The position numbers and the translations under genes were made by a program. Positions 24,649 through 35,700 of a stretch of DNA of 64,000 bases are shown here, one piece after another (position 1 is the stretch's first letter; the number at the start of each line of letters is the position of its first letter). The notes beneath the pieces were generated by a model, which saw nothing but the letters and a program-made list of their open reading frames with translations, did no database searches and was not told where the DNA came from. This DNA comes from a virus (taxonomy: Duplodnaviria; Caudoviricetes): IMG/VR virus record IMGVR_UViG_3300034062_006701. One strand, written 5' to 3'.

Positions 24649-27600
24649 GTATTATCGGCAAAAAGCTAATTATGTCTTCAGGGCAAAACGCATCAGGTCT
24701 TCTGTACGTCTGGGGCAATAACGCAGCTGGTTTATTAGGTGTAGGTACACCAGGAAATATACCAGGTAAGATTGACAGCCAAAGTTGGAAATCAATAGCA
24801 CTCGGTGACGAACATGCAGCTGCTATACGATCTGATGGAGCCTTGTTTACATGGGGATGCAATGGAGACGGTCAGCTAGGGTTAGGTGATTTAATTGATA
24901 GGCCCACTCCTACCCGTGTAGGAACTAGTTCTTGGACTGTAGTGGATGCAGGTGCATCTCATAGTGTGGCTATAGCTGCTGATGGTGGATTATTTGAGTG
25001 GGGTTGGCGCCATGGAAATAACTGTCGAGCCCTAGCACCTACGCGATTGAATACAAACTCATGGTCAGCCATTGCTGCAGGATGTGTTCATAGCCTTGCA
25101 GTGCGGATTGATGGTAAATTATTTGCTTGGGGATATAATAATGACGGTCAACTCGGTACCGGGAATACCGACTATAGCAGTTGCCCTATTCAAATCGGAG
25201 CAGAAAACTGGCAATGTGTTGCAGCGAGTGGCAGGACGAGTGGTGGCATTCGCGGGGATCAGCGAATATTCATGTGGGGAAACGCGTCATACGGTCAATT
25301 AGGCAATAATACTATATCCCTTAATCCTGGTAGATCTGAAGATTGCGGTGTTTGTTCACCTGTGCAGGTAGGTAGTGATCAATGGTCGCATTTAGCTATC
25401 GGTGGCGATTTTGCTGTGGCAGGTATTCGCACAGACAATATACTTTACACCTGGGGTTATAACAGACAAGGACAACTTGGTATACCAGGTAATATAAATA
25501 CAGCAGTAAACACCACATTTCTGTCAGCCGGCCCCTACGGTGGTACATGGAAAAAAATTGCTCTTTCAAAAGGAGTAGGTCAGGGACATGGAGCTGCACT
25601 TCGTTCCGATGGTGTGTTATTTATGTGGGGACGAAATGATTTCGGTCAAACAGGGGCTCTACCTAATGTACCGATAGCGTGTCAATCTCTCTTCATTAAT
25701 AGACCTAAACAGATATGTGCTACTGTTGGTGGTACAGTAAGTAGATGGTGTGATGTCTCTCTCGGTGCTTACCATACTATCGCTCTACCATCTCCTCCGA
25801 CTCATATCAGGTCATGGGGTAGAAACAATTACGGTCAATTAGGTCGCTCAACTACAGGTACAGCGGATCCAAGACCTAACTTCGTTAGCACACCAGCAGG
25901 TTTAAGTTGGGCTAGTGTTTCTGCGGGTACAAATCATAATCTTGCTCTGACTGACTTTGTAGGTTTATCTCCACGGTCAATATTTGCCTGGGGTGATAAC
26001 CGCTATGGTCAGTTAGGTGACTGTACAACAATTGCCAGATCTTGTGCTGTACCTGTTTGTGGTGCTACCGGTTTAACAGGATGTGGACGGAGTATTGCAG
26101 CTGGTGCTAACCATTCGCTGGCCCAAAGCCCTAGCTGTACGTTTTCATGGGGTAAAAACACACATGGTCAGCTAGGTCGAACCACGTTTATTGACCGTGC
26201 ATGTGTACCTGGATGTGTTACTGGCGGAGCCAATATTAACGCTGGTTTAATTGTTGCAGGGGGTGATCATAATCTCATGACCAGATTAGGTTGTTTGTTT
26301 ACATGGGGTAGAAATAATTTTGGTCAGCTTGGAAACGGAAATACCAACAATGTATCAGCCCCTACACAGATAGATACCGCTCTTGGTAGCTGGACGTTTA
26401 TCGGTACAGGTTTTTATAATTCTTTTGCATCAAAGGGTGCCACACTCAGTGGATGGGGGAAAAACGATTGTGGACAGCTAGGCGACGGTACAACCGTAAC
26501 GCGCTGTGTACCAACAACACTGACAGGTAGGTGCGCAATTAACAATCAGCAGTTTGGTAACGACTCTCAGAATCAGACGTTTCAAGGCAGTAATTACGGT
26601 GTTTTAGCTGTTCCCTTGCAAAATAACAGAGTTATTAACTCATGGGGTGGTAGTGTGTCGGAATTACGGTATATACAGCCTATGCCAGTGCAAGTAAATG
26701 CATCTTCGTGGACGTGTGTCAAAGCAACAAGTCAAAATATGATTGCAATTCGTAACGACGGAAACGTATTTACATGGGGTGATAACTGTAGCGGACAACT
26801 TGGTAACGGTACATTTGCACCACAGCCGCAGTCGGTATCATCTCCTGTTCAAATTGGCAATATTGGTGCGGGTTGTGCAATTGATATAGGCTGTGACCGG
26901 GTAGGTGCGATTAATACACAGTCATCACTATATACATGGGGACGTAACACAGATAGTTTACTCCTCGGGAGACAGACGTGTGCCCTTACACCTATTAAAC
27001 TAGATAACCAAAAATGGAAGGAAGTAAGTGTATCTCCTTTAAAGAGACAGGGGACATATAGGGTTACCCAGAATTACAGTCGTAAAACGTATAACATGTA
27101 TTATGCAGGCCATACCGTAGCTATAAGAAAAGACGGGGCGCTTTTTGCATGGGGATTTAATAGCTTTGGTCAACTCGGCGATAGTACATTTGTAAAACGT
27201 AATACCCCTGTACGTGTTACAAATCAGTCATGGACTGCAATTAGTGCTGGGACGTATCATACACTCGGTATTAGAGCAGACGGTGCGCTTTTTGCATGGG
27301 GGAGAAACAGTAGCGGACAAATCGGTGACCTATCTACCGTAGATAGATGTTCCCCTGTTCAAATTGGAACTCAGTCGTGGGTAAACGTAAAGAGCGGTAA
27401 AACCCACTCATTAGCTATACGGGCTGACGGTATACTCTTCGCATGGGGATCAAATCAATACGGTCAGCTCGGTAACGGAAGTACTATCTCTACATCCTCA
27501 CCTGTGCAAATTGGCACATGTTTATGGTCTTCTATTGAATCTGGCTTTAATTCATCTTTCGGAATAACAACAAACAACTCGCTATTTGGGTGGGGGTATA

Positions 27601-27920
27601 ACCGTAATGGGCCTATATGTAACACGAATTGCACTTGTTTTTCAACTCCCTCTCAGATAGCAGGTGCATGGAAATGTGTTGCTGTAGGATCTGCAGGGAC
27701 GATCTCAAGATTTGCAAGTATTAGTGCTACTGTTGATACCTGTATCGCAGTTGCGCGTGGATCTGGATATCGCTTTTGCGATTTATATGACCCTGTTCAG
27801 GCTATGATTACATCAGCCAATAAACTTTGTTTACAGGCGAATATGGATGCTGGGAGTTGCTCCTGGTCGTGGTCAAAAATCAGTATAGGCGGTGATACAA
27901 TAGCAGGTATAAGGTATTGA
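24645..27920 (+). CDS. RCC1-repeat beta-propeller protein
   Basis: Many H-S/T-L-A-I-R-x-D-G-x-L-F-A-W-G-x-N-x-x-G-Q-L-G repeats; Cys-rich. Confidence 0.9.
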   Translation: MSIIGKKLIMSSGQNASGLLYVWGNNAAGLLGVGTPGNIPGKIDSQSWKSIALGDEHAAAIRSDGALFTWGCNGDGQLGLGDLIDRPTPTRVGTSSWTVVDAGASHSVAIAADGGLFEWGWRHGNNCRALAPTRLNTNSWSAIAAGCVHSLAVRIDGKLFAWGYNNDGQLGTGNTDYSSCPIQIGAENWQCVAASGRTSGGIRGDQRIFMWGNASYGQLGNNTISLNPGRSEDCGVCSPVQVGSDQWSHLAIGGDFAVAGIRTDNILYTWGYNRQGQLGIPGNINTAVNTTFLSAGPYGGTWKKIALSKGVGQGHGAALRSDGVLFMWGRNDFGQTGALPNVPIACQSLFINRPKQICATVGGTVSRWCDVSLGAYHTIALPSPPTHIRSWGRNNYGQLGRSTTGTADPRPNFVSTPAGLSWASVSAGTNHNLALTDFVGLSPRSIFAWGDNRYGQLGDCTTIARSCAVPVCGATGLTGCGRSIAAGANHSLAQSPSCTFSWGKNTHGQLGRTTFIDRACVPGCVTGGANINAGLIVAGGDHNLMTRLGCLFTWGRNNFGQLGNGNTNNVSAPTQIDTALGSWTFIGTGFYNSFASKGATLSGWGKNDCGQLGDGTTVTRCVPTTLTGRCAINNQQFGNDSQNQTFQGSNYGVLAVPLQNNRVINSWGGSVSELRYIQPMPVQVNASSWTCVKATSQNMIAIRNDGNVFTWGDNCSGQLGNGTFAPQPQSVSSPVQIGNIGAGCAIDIGCDRVGAINTQSSLYTWGRNTDSLLLGRQTCALTPIKLDNQKWKEVSVSPLKRQGTYRVTQNYSRKTYNMYYAGHTVAIRKDGALFAWGFNSFGQLGDSTFVKRNTPVRVTNQSWTAISAGTYHTLGIRADGALFAWGRNSSGQIGDLSTVDRCSPVQIGTQSWVNVKSGKTHSLAIRADGILFAWGSNQYGQLGNGSTISTSSPVQIGTCLWSSIESGFNSSFGITTNNSLFGWGYNRNGPICNTNCTCFSTPSQIAGAWKCVAVGSAGTISRFASISATVDTCIAVARGSGYRFCDLYDPVQAMITSANKLCLQANMDAGSCSWSWSKISIGGDTIAGIRY

Positions 27921-27955
27921 TTTTTTTGTAGTGTTGTATATTTATAATAGATATA

Positions 27956-28993
27956 ATGCACTTAATAGATCAGCAGCTTAATATGATGTTGCGCGGTAGA
28001 TTTGATGATGGGTGGTCGATAAGTGAGAAACTTGAAGAAACAGAACCATCAAATCTACGACATATGTTTAATCGTGGATGGCTCTTAATATATAAAGGCT
28101 TCTTTCAAGAGGGTTATAAATGTCTTGAAGCAGGTAGACTTTTAAATGTATATGGAAACAACCGTATTCCGACGGAACAGCCTATTTGGAATCACGAAGA
28201 TCTCCACGGTAAGACCGTGTTATTGAACATGGAAGGTGGTCTCGGTGATCAAATCATATATATTCGTTTTGTAAAAGATATAAAGAGGCTCGGTGCTAGA
28301 TGTATTGTGTGCTGCTCCTCGTCATTAATACCTCTCTTCTCCTCAATAGAGGGGATAGATGAAATCATCGACTATACCGATATACCTTTAATTAATTTTG
28401 ATTTTTGGATACCGTCGTTTAGTTGTTCGTGGCTCTTTGGATACTCTCATCACGATTTACCTAACGATCCATATATAAAACCCATGGATATCAATACAGC
28501 TGTATGGAGCCAAGCTGTGATAAGTGACAAAATAAAGGTAGGAATAAGATGGAGTGGTAGTACTCAATTTGAACATCAGCAATTTAGAATCTTTCCGCCG
28601 GAGAAACTAATTAATTTATACCACAATACACAACTACAGCTATACAGTTTTCAGCGTGATAATGATGTTATAGAACTCCCTGATAAAATATTTGATTTAC
28701 AATATCTTTTAATTTCATGGATAGATACTGCAGCAGCTATAGCAAATATGGATTTAGTAATAACCTCATGTACAAGCGTAGCACACTTAGCATCAGCAAT
28801 GGGAAAACCGACATGGGTTATTGTTCCAATCTTACCGTATCATATTTGGGCGTATGAAGGCGAATACACACCGTGGTACAAAAAAACCACACGAATCTTC
28901 CGTCAGACCGTATTTGGTGAATGGGATGATGTATTTGAAAAAATACAACACGAATTAACACGAGTAATAAAAGGCGAAGTGAGCTTGATTTAG
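27956..28993 (+). CDS. GT-B glycosyltransferase, GT9 / heptosyltransferase-like
   Basis: EGGLGDQI, VGIRWSGS, MDLVITSCTSVAHLASAMGKPTWV. Confidence 0.75.
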   Translation: MHLIDQQLNMMLRGRFDDGWSISEKLEETEPSNLRHMFNRGWLLIYKGFFQEGYKCLEAGRLLNVYGNNRIPTEQPIWNHEDLHGKTVLLNMEGGLGDQIIYIRFVKDIKRLGARCIVCCSSSLIPLFSSIEGIDEIIDYTDIPLINFDFWIPSFSCSWLFGYSHHDLPNDPYIKPMDINTAVWSQAVISDKIKVGIRWSGSTQFEHQQFRIFPPEKLINLYHNTQLQLYSFQRDNDVIELPDKIFDLQYLLISWIDTAAAIANMDLVITSCTSVAHLASAMGKPTWVIVPILPYHIWAYEGEYTPWYKKTTRIFRQTVFGEWDDVFEKIQHELTRVIKGEVSLI

Positions 28994-29015
28994 AGATATA
29001 TTTCATATATAATTA

Positions 29016-29807
29016 TTGTTAATGAAAACAATACATTTTGTCGCCGGCCTACCACGTAGTGGTTCAACGATGATGATGAATATTTTAAAACAAAATCCGC
29101 ATGTCGGTGCGGCACCGGTGAGCTCATTATGTACAGTTATAAACGCAGTTAACATTAACTGGGAGAGTGTGGAGGCGAATAGAGAGTACCCTAATGATAC
29201 TGCTAAGATAGACACACTTACGTCAATTTTGCAAGGATACCATAAATCTTCGAAAAAAGATATTATCTTTGATAAAGATAGATTGTGGGTAACGAAGATT
29301 GGTTTGATAGAAAATATTATTCAAGCTAAAATAAAGATTTTATGTCCTGTTCGTAACCCTGCAGAAATTATAACGTCATTTGAAAGAATTCGAAGAAATA
29401 ATCCACTACGGATTATAGGAGGCGATAGCGGTATTTCAAATGTATCAACTCGGGCTCTATATTACTCTGCTCCTGACGGTGTACTCGGTTTGTCGCATGC
29501 AGCTCATAAGGATGCTGTTATAGAAGGGTATCTAGATAGACTTTTATTTGTAGATTACAATAAATTTTGTAATACCCCTAAGTCTCAGTTAAAGCGTATT
29601 TATGAGTTTTTTGAGTTACCTAAATTTGAGCATAATATGGAAAGTATTGTTCAAAATGAACAGTATAATGATCACGCAACCGGTCATCCAGGGTTACATA
29701 AAATTAAAAATAGACTAGAACGCACTACTGTTAACTGTGTTCAGTTTTTAGGACTTGAGTTATATGAACAATACAATAGAGAAATCTTCTGGGATGCCTG
29801 GGTATAA
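29016..29807 (+). CDS. Sulfotransferase-family protein
   Basis: PAPS-binding loop FVAGLPRSGST; VRNPAEIITSF; FVDYNKFCNTP. Confidence 0.8.
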   Translation: MLMKTIHFVAGLPRSGSTMMMNILKQNPHVGAAPVSSLCTVINAVNINWESVEANREYPNDTAKIDTLTSILQGYHKSSKKDIIFDKDRLWVTKIGLIENIIQAKIKILCPVRNPAEIITSFERIRRNNPLRIIGGDSGISNVSTRALYYSAPDGVLGLSHAAHKDAVIEGYLDRLLFVDYNKFCNTPKSQLKRIYEFFELPKFEHNMESIVQNEQYNDHATGHPGLHKIKNRLERTTVNCVQFLGLELYEQYNREIFWDAWV

Positions 29808-31017
29808 AGATGAGCCAATAGATGTTTATTTTGATGTAATAGCTAAGTCGCTATATCAAAATAAAAGATTTGGTGATGCTGCTGCAATACTGGATATTGC
29901 AAGTAAATATGTGCAACCTAGCAATGTTTATTCTGTGCTAACAAGTGCAAGAGAATGCTATTTTCTAAGCGGTGACGTTGTTACTGCATATAATATTTTA
30001 TTGTATCAAGAACAGTTCATACCGTCTAATAACACAAACAATGTTTACGATAAAATTATATATCTCCGTTATCTCGGTAAATATGAAGAGTGTGAACATG
30101 TCATTAAAACACAAGCATCGGGTGAGATAAAGTATCGTGCTCTCGGGTGGTTTTCACATAAAAAAGGTGATTTCAAAGAAGCTTTTCTGTTGACAGAAAA
30201 AGGAAGAAATGGTAAGTATCGATTTAATTCGAATGTAAAAAACCCTTACCCTATCTGGGATGGTAAGACAATATGTGATAATATTGTAGTTTTTGCAGAA
30301 ACAGGATGTGGCAATGAAATTATCTTTTCACGTTGGTTAAAAGATCTACAGCCGTATTGTACGAATATATATTATTGTACAGCAACTTCACTCTCAATGG
30401 TTTTTGAGCGTGTCTTTGGTGTAAAATCATATACAAGCAACACCACGCTACCTGGTGATACACGGTTTATACCGATGATGAGCTTACCCTATCTTCTCGA
30501 TAAGGATAATATTGAAAATCGCACCTATTTAACATCCAATAATGAACATATTTCTCAGTATCTACCGAAATCCCGACCAAGAATAGGCATACAGTTAACA
30601 GGTGATTTAAATTACACAGAGAACAATCATAGAACAATACCTGAAAGTATTTTTATTGATACGTTTAAATTATTCGGTGAACTTGTTAATATAGGATCTA
30701 ATTACATGGAGGAGCGAAAAGATGTGACGTATTATATGAATGACACCTGGGAAGAAACCCTTGCATTAATTGATACATGTGATGTTATTGTTACATGTTG
30801 TACAAGTATAGCACACGCAGCTGGTGCATTAGGTAAGAAAACCGTGGTATTATGTAACATGGCAGATTATTTTACATGGTGCTCGACACCACATTTAGGA
30901 ATGTCGCCTTGGTATGAGAATGTTTGGTGTGTTAGACAGCAGCAGCCTGGTAATTGGAGCGATGCTATAGATCAAGCTGCCACTATTGTCAGTGATATTA
31001 TCGCTACTAATAGTTAG
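29794..31017 (+). CDS. Second GT9-like glycosyltransferase with a TPR-like N-terminus
   Basis: ETGCGNEI, IGIQLTGD, CDVIVTCCTSIAHAAGALGKKTVVL; likely ATG at 29794. Confidence 0.7.
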   Translation: MPGYKDEPIDVYFDVIAKSLYQNKRFGDAAAILDIASKYVQPSNVYSVLTSARECYFLSGDVVTAYNILLYQEQFIPSNNTNNVYDKIIYLRYLGKYEECEHVIKTQASGEIKYRALGWFSHKKGDFKEAFLLTEKGRNGKYRFNSNVKNPYPIWDGKTICDNIVVFAETGCGNEIIFSRWLKDLQPYCTNIYYCTATSLSMVFERVFGVKSYTSNTTLPGDTRFIPMMSLPYLLDKDNIENRTYLTSNNEHISQYLPKSRPRIGIQLTGDLNYTENNHRTIPESIFIDTFKLFGELVNIGSNYMEERKDVTYYMNDTWEETLALIDTCDVIVTCCTSIAHAAGALGKKTVVLCNMADYFTWCSTPHLGMSPWYENVWCVRQQQPGNWSDAIDQAATIVSDIIATNS

Positions 31018-31065
31018 GTATAAAAAGCACTGGTCATATGTTATCTAGTTAATTAAGTATAGATA

Positions 31066-32721
31066 GTGAGAAATTATCTAGTAACACTAAGTAGCATTCA
31101 ACCAAGCGACCCACCGCAGGTACTCGACCACTATCTCTTTCTAGATCCTCTTCTTGGTATTAACTTTGTTTATCCAAATTCAGCGAACGGTGGTTTTTTT
31201 GTCGGTACATCTTATACCGGTGCTCTTACCGCGGATAGCGAAAATATATACCCATGGGGGTACCCTATACAGACAGCTGTCACAAATATAGAGATAGGAC
31301 CACTCAAAGGACCGTATACACTTACCTTTTCACCTACAGGTCTCGACACAAGTAAGGCAGCGATATTGAAGATAATTTATAATTTCGGTGACGGTACTAA
31401 TACAACTGTTAATCGTAGTATTGTACCGAAATTCCGAATGGGTGACACACTATCTGCTGGTGATCCAAACGCTATATCTGTTAGCCATGAGTACTACCCT
31501 CAAAGTATAGATAGTACCACAGTTTATAATCCGATTATTACAGTAATAAACGGTAATATGGTTGAAAACGTTTTTAATATAACTCTTTCTACCGTACCTG
31601 CCTCAATTTACGACTTTAATAGTACACATCTTATTAGCAACACTCAGCAAAGCAGACTTTCAGAGACACAAAATGTATTTGAGGTAGAGCAGCCTAATTA
31701 TCTGACTGTAGCACGTGTTTTAAGTACCACAGACGCAAAATACACAACACCTCCCTTCTTTAGTCCTGAAACACTTGCAGGTTATGAAGATAATTTAATT
31801 TTATGGCTTGATGCACTAGATGCTTTAACCCTTTCACGTGATCGATACGAAAATGTTCTTATATGGTATGATAAGAGTTCATATCAAAATAACTTTTTCT
31901 CTGATATTCCGAATATACCCGGTGTAGGTGGTGTGGTAGGCACGAGTCCACAATTTCAATATCAAACACAGTCTACTTCACTAAGAAAGAGTGTATTATT
32001 TGAGCAGGGTAAGTATCTATATGCACTAAGCGATTCATTACGCGGTATTAATAGCTTCGATGCCGTGGTGGAAAACAACGGATATACAGTATTTGCGGTA
32101 ATGAGGCTTAATTCTGTAGAGGGTACACTATTTTCTTATGACCTTAATATGAATGAGGAGCTAAACCCAGTTACCGGTGATCAAGGTGATGGTGTGAATT
32201 ACGTTCCTAATTTCAATATCTCATTTAACCAACCTAATGCATTGACTGTTGAGCAGGGTGATACAAGTTATTATTTTAAAACGAGTGCGACTGATGATTC
32301 CGGTGGTATATATCAACCTACAACTATAAGCAACATATCACAAAACCTTACCGCTTACAGCTTATTTTCTGTAACAGTAAGCGGTACGTTAAACGCACAA
32401 GCATATATAACAGCTGATACACTGATAGCGCGAAGACGCAATCAAAGCTATCAATACAATCTGAGTAGCTTTTTATCTGGTGGATTTAATAGCAGTACAG
32501 TTCTTTACCCGCCAACCGGGCAATATATAGAACCAGGGACGTATGATAAAAAGTTAGTATACGCGTTACTCGGTAGAAGCAATGCCTATATTGATAGCTA
32601 CTTAACAGATACCGAGATTTCAGAAATTATAATATATAATAAACCACTTGATCCTGTTTCTATAGCCAATGTACAAAACTATCTTGTTAATAAGTGGAAT
32701 TTAACACTGCGAACTGACTAG
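31066..32721 (+). CDS. Virion protein with PKD-like and LamG-like domains
   Basis: YNFGDG..SHEY; LILWLDA, WYDKS..NN, ISEIIIYNKPL..VQNYLVNKW. Confidence 0.65.
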   Translation: MRNYLVTLSSIQPSDPPQVLDHYLFLDPLLGINFVYPNSANGGFFVGTSYTGALTADSENIYPWGYPIQTAVTNIEIGPLKGPYTLTFSPTGLDTSKAAILKIIYNFGDGTNTTVNRSIVPKFRMGDTLSAGDPNAISVSHEYYPQSIDSTTVYNPIITVINGNMVENVFNITLSTVPASIYDFNSTHLISNTQQSRLSETQNVFEVEQPNYLTVARVLSTTDAKYTTPPFFSPETLAGYEDNLILWLDALDALTLSRDRYENVLIWYDKSSYQNNFFSDIPNIPGVGGVVGTSPQFQYQTQSTSLRKSVLFEQGKYLYALSDSLRGINSFDAVVENNGYTVFAVMRLNSVEGTLFSYDLNMNEELNPVTGDQGDGVNYVPNFNISFNQPNALTVEQGDTSYYFKTSATDDSGGIYQPTTISNISQNLTAYSLFSVTVSGTLNAQAYITADTLIARRRNQSYQYNLSSFLSGGFNSSTVLYPPTGQYIEPGTYDKKLVYALLGRSNAYIDSYLTDTEISEIIIYNKPLDPVSIANVQNYLVNKWNLTLRTD

Positions 32722-32751
32722 TGTATTGTTTAATGTATTATAAATAATGAC

Positions 32752-35700
32752 ATGGAGGTTATTTCCCTTAATTCTACAAACTTTATCGGTCTCTCCACTG
32801 CTTATACTCCAGATAAAACCGTAAAATTTGATCAGGAGGTATACTATACAGAACAGGGTGTTTCTCTACCTTTAGCGCAGGTTTTTACGGACATAAACGA
32901 CAGCTCGACAAATAATTTCTCTAATCTATTTCTAACACAGGCAACAGCATTATCAAGCGTTGCATATATTGAAGATCTCGATCCGATTCTTGACGATAGT
33001 TTTACCACTTATTTAGCGGTTAATGCAATTGGTGGTATTAATGATAACACACGTTACCTGGTTGTAGAGGAGCCGGTGTTTACACAATCAGTTGCATCTA
33101 TTTCAATGTCAGGGGTACGCTCGAAAATAGATAATAGATATTTTTTCGATATAACATTTATCGATGGTAGGTATTGCAAGGTTGAACATGTTGTACAGAA
33201 TACCGTACGCTATCTTACCTGTGATATAGATGATCAATTATTTTTCTCCTTCAATTCAAATACAGATTACCTAGGTGAATTGAGTCCGCAGATTTTTGTG
33301 TATACATATGATAGAGAAGGTGATTTTCTTGTCTTATCAAAAACAATAAAAGATGTTCCGTACTTTTTAACATATAATTCATTGAGCGGTAATCTTGAAG
33401 CTGTACCGCCACTCACTGGTTCCAACACAGTACCGTATGCACCGAATGCAATTTTTGCATGTATACCGAGATCTGAAATTCCTAATGACACTAAGCTGGT
33501 TGACTCATGGGTAAGTTATCAAAACGATTTTAAAACAAATACACAAAACATAAACCCGTTACGTAGTTCAAAGGCAGTAAATACAAATTTGTTAATTAAT
33601 AGTGAATACAGTACTGTCACCGGCACTGAACTCGGTGTTAATGCATTGTCTCTTAAAAATACTAATACACCAGAAAATTTACAATCAAGAAACAATCCCT
33701 TTCAAGCTAATAAATCGCTCTTCTTAAATGAAAGTGATGTGGAACAGCGTGTATATAAAAAGCTTTTTACAGGTTCAAACCAAATTTTCGGTGACGATAA
33801 CATTACACTAGGATATGAATCCTATACTACTGATATATTACTACCAAAAGATAAGGTTACATATTTTCATGTTCCACAGATATTATATCCTTTCAAACAA
33901 ATTAATATTAGTGAATCAGGGTTAATAGAGGCAGGTGCTATAGCCGGTGATCACCCTGTTAAGTCAGATAAGATATTTAAAAAGCTTGCAGACGCAAAAT
34001 ATACTTCACCGTACGGTGAAGTTATTGACGAATCCAATGGAACGTTTTTATGCAGCTGGCTCTCGGGCAGTTCTGATATAAAGACTAAACCTATTTGGGT
34101 TGATAGATACTATAACCCTTCAAAAGTTACGTTTATCAATGCTCTTACAACGCGATCACTAAACGCGATTTCATATGACTCTGTATTTCAAGGCTTGGTT
34201 AAAGCAGCTGGTAACATACCGGGAACTGATGATGTTTTTGATACCCCTTCAAGTCTTGTTTTCGAGTCTGGTAGTTACTACGCATATCATCACTATGGTC
34301 CGAACGATGTAGTGAAATTTATTCAAACCTTTACACCGTACCTTATCGATAAAGGGATAGAGAGATTTTATTACACCAATCAGTCATCAGCTGTTCCTGA
34401 TGTTCGCAACGGTGAATATGTTTTTAACGGTAAAACGTATGGCGTTTCTAATCCTCTCTCTAGTATACAAATATCAAATCAATTTACCTTATCTTTTGAC
34501 ATGTTTAACAGTGATTGGTCTAAACCTTTAGGTTATCAAATATTTGGCAACTTCTTAGATGATGGGTTTGGTATTTTTAATCAAAATATCGTCACACCGA
34601 CGGTACTTGTAAATACAGTAACAGGTGTCAGTATTTTAAATACTGATTTAAGAGAGATAAAGAGCATAAACTTTACGTCTACACCGCGTGCATTTATACG
34701 TTCTAACTTTGGAGAAAATTATTCAGTAGTGTTTAATGACGGACTGCTTCGACAGTACACCTGCGACGATAATCCTGTTAATGAGACATTTTCACCTTTT
34801 CTTTCAAGTATTCTAGACTTTACAAATGATGATACAACAGCATACATCTTGTGCTCCAGTGCACCAGCATATACATTACTGGGTGTAAATTTGCAATCTA
34901 GCGCTATATCCGCTCTAAACCCGGCTCAATATACGGCTTATTTCGCGGCAGGAGCAGGTAGCGTTACTACAAATTTTGCAACTACAATAGAGAGATATAA
35001 CAATACCTTCTTTTTTACTCCGGGGACTGTATCACGTAGAATTTCAGATAAGATATATTATCTCACACAAGATAAAACAAAAATTCTCGAATGGAGTGAT
35101 ATTGGTTCGTCGACGACGGTAACAACTACCGCGTTTAGTTTAACAGGCACTAATAGCATCGCTGATTTTAATATAGATTTCGATGGCAATATTTGGATAT
35201 TGCAAAGTAAAAACGTATTTTACAAATATACGCAAAATAGAGAATTCCTATTATCTGGCACTCTTACATCCAACACATCATCATTAAAAACTGTTCAGCT
35301 CACCGGCAATGGTTCGAGAACATTTAAAATATCTAATAGCGGTTCAATTATACCGTCTGATTATATTGTAACAGTTGATGAAAGGTCGTTACGACCTATT
35401 TTCGATTATACCGTAACGGCAGATAGTATAACTTTCCTTTCACCTACTCTCTCCGGTAACATATACAGAGTGTCTCGACTTGTATACGAGGACACATATG
35501 CAAATTACAGAGTTAATTTTATAGCGGATTTTTATAACGGTGATTATAAGCGACATGTATTGTTTACCCGTGTTGGTTATAATGCACTAAATACTAGTAG
35601 CCTATCAGCACAAGCTTATCAATTTAATTTACTAGAAATGAACGGTACTCCTGTGATAAGCGCATTTGTTACTGCACCATCTGGCAATCCTGGACTGACA

